From positions 2,208,001 through 2,272,000 of the forward strand of contig CP147779.1 in the NCBI GenBank assembly GCA_037308085.1: DNA of 64,000 bases. Direction: 5' to 3'. Each line of letters opens with the position of its first letter. Position 1 is the stretch's first letter. A program made the translations under genes and the position numbers. Under the pieces are notes generated by a model. It worked only from the letters and a program-made list of their open reading frames with translations. It was not told the origin of the DNA and made no database searches. This DNA comes from Promethearchaeati archaeon SRVP18_Atabeyarchaeia-1. Lineage in GTDB: Archaea > Asgardarchaeota > Atabeyarchaeia > Atabeyarchaeales > Atabeyarchaeaceae. Below, piece after piece: positions 57,797 to 64,000 of the stretch.

Positions 57797-58807
57797 ATGC
57801 GGGACTGGAAGTCTACCCTGAAAGCAGATCCAACTGGCTGGCTGTTGGAGGAGGACAACCCTTCAGTACGCTACTCTGCTTTAACTGATATTCTGGAGAG
57901 GGGTGAGTACGGCGACGAAGTTAGGAAGGCGAGAGCCGCGATAATGGAAATCGGCTTGGTTCCTAAGATACTGGCAAGCCAGAAGAAGGAGGGATACTGG
58001 GGAAGACCCGAGGACTTCTACATTAGATCAAAATACAAGGGGACAGTCTGGAACCTGATACTCTTGGCGGAACTCGGGGCAGGCGGAGGCGATAACCGCA
58101 TCAAGAATACCTGTGAGTTCATTCTCGAGAACTCTCAGGATCGTGAGAGTGGAGGTTTCTCGTACATCCGTGCCAAAGGAGGAGAAGGAGGAGCGCACAG
58201 TGGAGTGATTCCCTGCTTAACTGCAAACATGGTTTGGAGCCTGATAAGATTCGGCTATCTTGAGGATTCACGGGTTAAGCGTGGGATCGAATGGATCGTT
58301 AAGTACCAGAGATTTGACGATGGGGTGGAGGAATCCCCTCAGGGTTGGCCCTATGATAATAGGGACAAGTGTTGGGGTACACATACTTGCCACATGGGTG
58401 TGGTGAAGGCTCTGAAGGCGTTCTCCGAGATCCCCGCAGATGAGAGATCTACTGGAGTGAAGACTACCATTCAAAGGGGATCTGAGTACATGTTGGGGCA
58501 TCGCATATACAGGAGAAGCCACGATCCCGCAAAAGTCTCCAAGCCCGAGTGGCTGAAGTTCGGCTTTCCCCTGATGTGGAACACAGACGCGCTGGAGATC
58601 CTAGAAATACTAGGGAGGCTAGGTTACAAGGACAGCCGAATGCAGGACGCAGTCGATTTGGTCATGTCGAAGCAGGATGAGCTAGGCAAATGGAAGTTGG
58701 ATGCGACCTTCACAGGTCGCTATCGAGTAAGCATCGAGCAGGTTGGAAAACCCAGCAAGTGGATCACCTTGAACGCTCTCAAAGCACTAAAATTGTTCTA
58801 CAGCTAG
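57797..58807 (+). CDS. Prenyltransferase/squalene-cyclase-like alpha-barrel protein
   Basis: WLLE..NPSVRY, Q..(D/E)G.W repeats, KPSKWITL. Confidence 0.7.
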   Translation: MRDWKSTLKADPTGWLLEEDNPSVRYSALTDILERGEYGDEVRKARAAIMEIGLVPKILASQKKEGYWGRPEDFYIRSKYKGTVWNLILLAELGAGGGDNRIKNTCEFILENSQDRESGGFSYIRAKGGEGGAHSGVIPCLTANMVWSLIRFGYLEDSRVKRGIEWIVKYQRFDDGVEESPQGWPYDNRDKCWGTHTCHMGVVKALKAFSEIPADERSTGVKTTIQRGSEYMLGHRIYRRSHDPAKVSKPEWLKFGFPLMWNTDALEILEILGRLGYKDSRMQDAVDLVMSKQDELGKWKLDATFTGRYRVSIEQVGKPSKWITLNALKALKLFYS

Positions 58808-58906
58808 CACTGTTTTTCCGAGAGTCTTTGTTCAATGGATCTCACTAGCGTTAGCACGCGCGCTACAAAAAGGTAAAATCGGCAGAAAGCGAAAGCGATA
58901 GTTACC

Positions 58907-59641
58907 TCAGTCAATGCTCGTGTTTTCGTACCGATTGTGGTAGGTGAATTCTTCCACATCGCGTCGTACTCTCAGGTATTCAGCTGGTGTAGAAACAGGG
59001 TACCCAAGGCGGACAGTAAAGGCAATATTCATGTATTCAGGAATGCTAAGAATCCGCTTCACTTCTTTCGCTACAGGATGCGCACTGAAGACGCTCAGTA
59101 TCTGAAGGCTGATCCCTAGGAGCTGCGCCATGAGCCACATGTTCTCCATAACACAACCAAGGCTAATAAAACCCAGAACATCCCCTTCCGAAGCAGGCGC
59201 TCTTTTCCTCGAATCACAGATCACAACCAGAAGCACCGGACTACCACCAATCGTTTGGACTAGGGGCCGAGGCGTGCTTTCGCGGGCTATCTCCTCCATC
59301 TTGGCAGGGTCTCTCCAGGCTGGCGGAAACATGGTGCCGAGGATTCCGACCTTCTTCTTAAGTAGCTCCTCTTGCGAGAACGAGAGCTGCTCGTAGTTCT
59401 CGCGCAGGAACTCTACAGATATACGAGATTTAATGTTCCCCAACTTCTCCAGAACCTCCTTATCATCAACGACAAGGATCTCGAAGTTTTGCATGTTGTG
59501 AGCTGTGGGCGCCCACCTACTTGCCTCTAGAATCTGCCTCAGATCCTTTTCGGAGACCGGTCGACGCGGATCAAAGGGAACTCTTGCAGACTGCCTTTGC
59601 TGGATAAGCTTCAGGATTTCACTCTCGCTCATGGCGGCCAT
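58907..59641 (-). CDS. Nitroreductase family protein
   Basis: RQSAR, WAPTAHNMQ, ENMWLMA..LG, LGYP. Confidence 0.9.
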   Translation of the reverse strand: MAAMSESEILKLIQQRQSARVPFDPRRPVSEKDLRQILEASRWAPTAHNMQNFEILVVDDKEVLEKLGNIKSRISVEFLRENYEQLSFSQEELLKKKVGILGTMFPPAWRDPAKMEEIARESTPRPLVQTIGGSPVLLVVICDSRKRAPASEGDVLGFISLGCVMENMWLMAQLLGISLQILSVFSAHPVAKEVKRILSIPEYMNIAFTVRLGYPVSTPAEYLRVRRDVEEFTYHNRYENTSID

Positions 59642-59907
59642 CTCCTCACTTTAGCGCGCTCTATGCTACCACGAACTAATGTGGGTTAGTCGGATTAAGT
59701 CTTTTCCAGGTTCTTTTCACTTGCACGCTGCAGCATCTAGGACGAGCAAGGGGGGAAATATGGGCTGCGGAAGGAGGGGTTTGGAAGGAAACATTATTAT
59801 GGCTCAAATTAGCATTTGACTTTCACTCGGCAAAAACTTGGTCAATGCGGATCACTGCACAATCGTAGAACCAACTTGTTTCCCTAGCTTGTTCGGGGGC
59901 GTGGACG

Positions 59908-61368
59908 TTGGAGAAGATTCCTAGCATCAGCGACGAGAGAAAGAAGAAGTACGATGAGATGATAGGGAAAGGCATGAGAGTACCCTACTCCTTCGAAGTT
60001 TCTAACACGATTGAAAGCATCATCAGCAAGTTCAGCAGTCTTGGCGAAGGAGTTGAGACTAGCCAGCTAGTATCCGTAGCTGGCATGGTCATTGCGCTCA
60101 GAGTTCATGGAAAACTCACTTTCATGGACATACGAGACATCACTGGCAGGATCCAAATCAACTTCAGGGTCAACGAGCTTGGCGAGGATGGGTACAGGGA
60201 GGCTCAGCTCTTCGACACGGGAGACTTTATCGGGGTCAAAGGGCACGTTATGAAAACTCACAAGGGAGAGCTGTCGGTGCTTGCTCACGAGTATGTGCTA
60301 CTCGCCAAATGCCTGATGCCTCTACCAGGTCCCCGCGACGAACTGACAGTTGAAAAGAAGTACAGGCAGCGCTACTTGGATCTGAAGCTCAACCCAGATA
60401 CGAGGCAGAGGCTAATTACGAGGGGCAGAATAGTTGCGGCCATGAGGGGTTTTCTTGACTCCCAGGGATTCATTGAGGTTGAGACGCCCATACTCCAGCC
60501 AGTCTATGGCGGTGCAGCTGCCAAGCCCTTTGTATCTCACTCAAACGCGCTGGATCAGAACTTGTACCTGAGCATTTCGCCGGAGCTCTACTTGAAGCGC
60601 TTCATTGTTGGCGGCATGGAGAAGGTCTACACAATCGCTAGGAACTTTAGAAATGAGGATATTGATGTGACCCATTACCCGGAGTTCACGATGATGGAGT
60701 GTTACCAAGCATACACGGACTACAATGGAATGATGCGGCTCACGGAGAACATGTTCGCCCATGTCGCCCAGAAGGCGGTCGGAAGAACGAAGGTCACCTA
60801 CCAAGGAAATGAGATAGAGCTGTCACCACCGTGGACAAGGATGACGATGGAAGAATCGGTCAAGAAGATAGCTGGAATTGAAGTCCCCGAAGACGAGGGC
60901 AGCCTGAAGAAACTCGTTGAGAAGCATCAGCTTGAACTTAAGCATAGGCTAATCAGACCCAACGTAGTGAGTGCCATATTCGAGAAACTTGTCCAGCCCA
61001 AACTCATTCAACCAACATTCATAATGGATCACCCCGTGGACATCTCACCTCTCACTAGGAAACACAGGAGTAAGGCTGGATGGGTTGAACGCTTCGAACC
61101 CTTCATTCTTGGCGTGGAGATGGGCAATGCATACTCGGAGCTTAACGACCCGTTTGAGCAGAGAGAAAGATTCCTGCAACAGGTCGAGGAGAGAAGGAAA
61201 GGCGACGAGGAAGCGCACCCAATGGATGAGGACTTCGTGCTGTCTCTCATGTACGGGTTCCCGCCCACGGGTGGACTCGGAGTTGGAATTGACAGAGTCG
61301 TCATGCTGCTAACAGATTCACCGTCGATCCGGGATGTAATAATGTTCCCGCTGATGAAACGAGTATAA
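59908..61368 (+). CDS. lysS: Lysyl-tRNA synthetase, class II
   Basis: YRQRYLDL, GGAAAKPF, SPELYLKR, RNFRNE, NAYSELNDP, PPTGGLGVGIDR. Confidence 0.96.
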   Translation: MEKIPSISDERKKKYDEMIGKGMRVPYSFEVSNTIESIISKFSSLGEGVETSQLVSVAGMVIALRVHGKLTFMDIRDITGRIQINFRVNELGEDGYREAQLFDTGDFIGVKGHVMKTHKGELSVLAHEYVLLAKCLMPLPGPRDELTVEKKYRQRYLDLKLNPDTRQRLITRGRIVAAMRGFLDSQGFIEVETPILQPVYGGAAAKPFVSHSNALDQNLYLSISPELYLKRFIVGGMEKVYTIARNFRNEDIDVTHYPEFTMMECYQAYTDYNGMMRLTENMFAHVAQKAVGRTKVTYQGNEIELSPPWTRMTMEESVKKIAGIEVPEDEGSLKKLVEKHQLELKHRLIRPNVVSAIFEKLVQPKLIQPTFIMDHPVDISPLTRKHRSKAGWVERFEPFILGVEMGNAYSELNDPFEQRERFLQQVEERRKGDEEAHPMDEDFVLSLMYGFPPTGGLGVGIDRVVMLLTDSPSIRDVIMFPLMKRV

Positions 61369-61685
61369 AAGGAACCCTGACGGCAAAGAAAACATGCTAG
61401 AGCCCCTCTTAGTACGCAGAAAGATCAAGCAGAGCGCCTCACCTCAAGCTCGTGCAGGGCCCCATTGATTCTCCCGGCGCATCCGATCGCACGGAGAGAA
61501 AATGATAACTTCTCTTAATAGCTCCGACCACAGAAAAGGGAGATGCCACTTTAGAAAGAGAATACGTGACGGTAACGGGAAACCTGGGCTTCGCAACTAT
61601 TCTCTAAGGTGGCTGCCTACAACGCGGCTAAGGCAAAAAAGGGAAAGAAGACCTCAGCCCAGAAGAAAATTCCTCTGAATGCGCC

Positions 61686-62879
61686 CTACTTCTTCTTCAG
61701 GGTTGCCTGGCTGATGCGTGCATTCTTCTTGATGTTAACATATATTCCTATTGGCACTGCGACAATGCCTAAGCATATCACGACGAGACCATAGAGTATC
61801 CCAAGAATATAGATCAGAATCAATGCCATGACGATTGTGGAGAGAATTGAGTAGGTGAGACTCTGATAGATCATCAATACCACAGAGCTGAAGAGCAGCA
61901 ATATGAATAGATCGAGATTGGCGACTGCGAATGAGACCATGCTCGTCAGTAGAATTGCAATGCCTATCGTCTTAATTGGATCGCCGGCCCTGATTTCCAA
62001 GCTCCTCTTTGCGGCGTACCTTGTTACTCCGAGGATCGCGAAAAGCCCTCCAGTAATAATGAACACTAGTCCCACCACAATGTATGGAGCTGTTATGTTG
62101 ACGACAATGAATAATGTGCCGATCACGATGGTGTAGATTGAAATCAAGATTCGCCTGAATGTTGGCGTGCCTTTGACGAGACCTGCAAGATACTCCTTCT
62201 GTTTGACATACACCCCCAGCAGGATAGAGGCTGACCCCACCAGCGCTAAGAGAAGCGTGTAGGCAGGGGCGTATCGGAACTGCGTGTAGAATATGAGAAC
62301 TGCAATTGCAGCCACGACAGTATCGAAGATGTGCGACCGGTATAAGTAGATCATCGCCGAGCATAGTAGCAGCGTTGCAACCAGCAGGGTATCTCCAAAA
62401 ACTGCCACAATTACACTTGTCATGAAGACCGACATACCGACCGTGATTACCGGGTCCTGTTTCTTGAAGCCGAGATCCCTTGTTATATAGTACTTTCGCA
62501 CAGCGAATGCGGCAAGACCCAACCCGAAGACAACAAGCGGCACAGCTGCTATCAGCGAACTGGGGTCAACCGATACTAGCGTGAGGCTCAGTATGATGAG
62601 AAAAGCCACGCTCAGCAGTGTCCGCATCGGCGAAGCCCTCACGATCCAGCGAACGAAGAAGCCCCCCGCGCCCAGAAGGGCAACCTCTGCCAGGACCGGC
62701 GCAAACATCACGGCAACGAACTTGTCAGAGCTGAACTTTCCAGACACAGATGCAAGAACGAGCCAAGCAACAAGCGCCAGAATGAAGAAAATCTTGACCC
62801 ACTTGCCAAAGAAGGCCTCAACGGATGCCGCCTTCTCAGTACCGCCCTTCGGAGTTTTTCCCGCTGACCTTGAGAGCAC
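61686..62879 (-). CDS. Hypothetical multi-pass membrane protein with internal repeat
   Basis: 397 aa; DPVITVG / DPIKTIG repeat units. Confidence 0.72.
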   Translation of the reverse strand: MLSRSAGKTPKGGTEKAASVEAFFGKWVKIFFILALVAWLVLASVSGKFSSDKFVAVMFAPVLAEVALLGAGGFFVRWIVRASPMRTLLSVAFLIILSLTLVSVDPSSLIAAVPLVVFGLGLAAFAVRKYYITRDLGFKKQDPVITVGMSVFMTSVIVAVFGDTLLVATLLLCSAMIYLYRSHIFDTVVAAIAVLIFYTQFRYAPAYTLLLALVGSASILLGVYVKQKEYLAGLVKGTPTFRRILISIYTIVIGTLFIVVNITAPYIVVGLVFIITGGLFAILGVTRYAAKRSLEIRAGDPIKTIGIAILLTSMVSFAVANLDLFILLLFSSVVLMIYQSLTYSILSTIVMALILIYILGILYGLVVICLGIVAVPIGIYVNIKKNARISQATLKKK

Positions 62880-63214
62880 TGCTTCCTCGCTCCTATAAAG
62901 ACAATGCGTGGTTCAGAGAAACCACTCTTCCTAAGCCCTGTATTTGCATGGACCCTGATATCTTGAGATTATTCTCCCCCAGACAACTAATAAAGATTTC
63001 TGTCAAGTGGTTTCCCTTGATCGATTGCCTCGTGCGCTTTTCAGCGAATGAACTGCCCAGACGCAATGCTTGTCGCACAGGAGTCTGTTGCACCTTTTCT
63101 CCACAGGATTGTGGTAGGATAAGGTGGGAGGAGTTGCGCGCAAAGATCGATTCTCGAGATTCCTTTTGATCCTCAAATCTCAAGGCGCCAACACCGAGTT
63201 GAGGCAGCTTCCTC

Positions 63215-64000
63215 TCAGAGCATTGCCGCCAATGCGATATATATGATTAGGGGTATTAGACCAAGCCCAATAGCTAGCGGAAGACCTGCGATTTGCCCAG
63301 ATTCCCCTGCGCGCCACGATCCGACGAAGAATCCGAGCACAACTAGAAACAGGGAAGCAAGAGATGCAACAAGCCCAAAGTTGGCGAAGCAATTGGCGAT
63401 TAGCATCGAGTAGCTCAGTAGATCCGCCAGGCCAATCGCCCAGTTCCGTCCCGCGTAAGACAGTTTCATAATCACCAGCTGGTCATAATCTTCAAGAGTC
63501 TTCTTCGTTTTCTCCACCGTATGCCTTCGCATCAACAGAGCGTCAAGCGCAGCCATCAGCAACAGTACAAAGAGCAGTGCAAGAGGAGGTATAAGTGCGC
63601 CCGCGAAGGCACCAAGTACACCGCTGCAGACCGCGAACATTGCATTTCTAACTCTCCTCGAGAGGACATCGAATATCGCCATCACCCCGAGGAATGAAGC
63701 AACGTAAGCAACAAGGCTTACGATTACGAAGATCGCTGACGACGAAGCACCATACATATTGAGGAAAAACTTCACGTACAGCAGTATCGTCATAATTGCA
63801 GAGAAGATGAAGATGGACACGGCAACCCTAACGCCCACGGTTATCGAACCTTTCAAAACAACGTAAAAGACCACAACGGCTATCACGAGACCTAATCCGA
63901 CAACCAGGAGATTGGGGATGAACTGCTGACCTGGATTGAAGGGGCCCATCGACACAGTGGAAGCAAGTTGCATCACAGCTGCGAGAAACGCCATGACGAG
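63215..64000 (-). CDS. Presenilin/signal-peptide-peptidase-like membrane protein (possibly 5'-truncated by the window edge)
   Basis: ALDA, IGLADL (GxGD position) and AGLP (PAL position) in presenilin-like order. Confidence 0.65.
   Translation of the reverse strand, partial: LVMAFLAAVMQLASTVSMGPFNPGQQFIPNLLVVGLGLVIAVVVFYVVLKGSITVGVRVAVSIFIFSAIMTILLYVKFFLNMYGASSSAIFVIVSLVAYVASFLGVMAIFDVLSRRVRNAMFAVCSGVLGAFAGALIPPLALLFVLLLMAALDALLMRRHTVEKTKKTLEDYDQLVIMKLSYAGRNWAIGLADLLSYSMLIANCFANFGLVASLASLFLVVLGFFVGSWRAGESGQIAGLPLAIGLGLIPLIIYIALAAML

Noticed and set aside
1-64000. Intact tRNA/rRNA genes and additional BHB introns
   Set aside because: None recognised by eye and no other recognisable gene is split; in-frame introns in hypothetical genes cannot be excluded without a scan.

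Overview
Archaeal chromosomal window, most likely from an Asgard archaeon. This is inferred from a longin-domain protein, an Arf-like small GTPase, DENN-like, alpha-SNAP-like and presenilin-like ORFs, plus archaeal gatD/gatE. It holds about 50 CDS. These include an asnS-gatD-gatE cluster, class II lysS, alaX, metabolic and transport genes, and a complete type I-B CRISPR-Cas locus (cas6-cas8-cas7-cas5-cas3-cas4-cas1-cas2) with a 44-repeat array directly downstream of gatE. There are also three tandem mosaic paralogs of an unknown membrane protein and several decayed IS200/IS605 (tnpB) remnants. The strongest finding is that gatE is interrupted by a 41-nt insertion (11068-11108) folding into a canonical 3-4-3 bulge-helix-bulge motif. 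Cutting at the canonical archaeal splicing-endonuclease positions exactly restores the frame and the conserved CLxEADEEPPH motif (635-aa GatE), which points to a spliced pre-mRNA intron in a core translation gene. The second highlight is a compact Arf-like GTPase + 7TM protein + DENN-like gene trio resembling a membrane receptor/GTPase/GEF module. All calls come from reading the sequence; no searches or folding programs were run.
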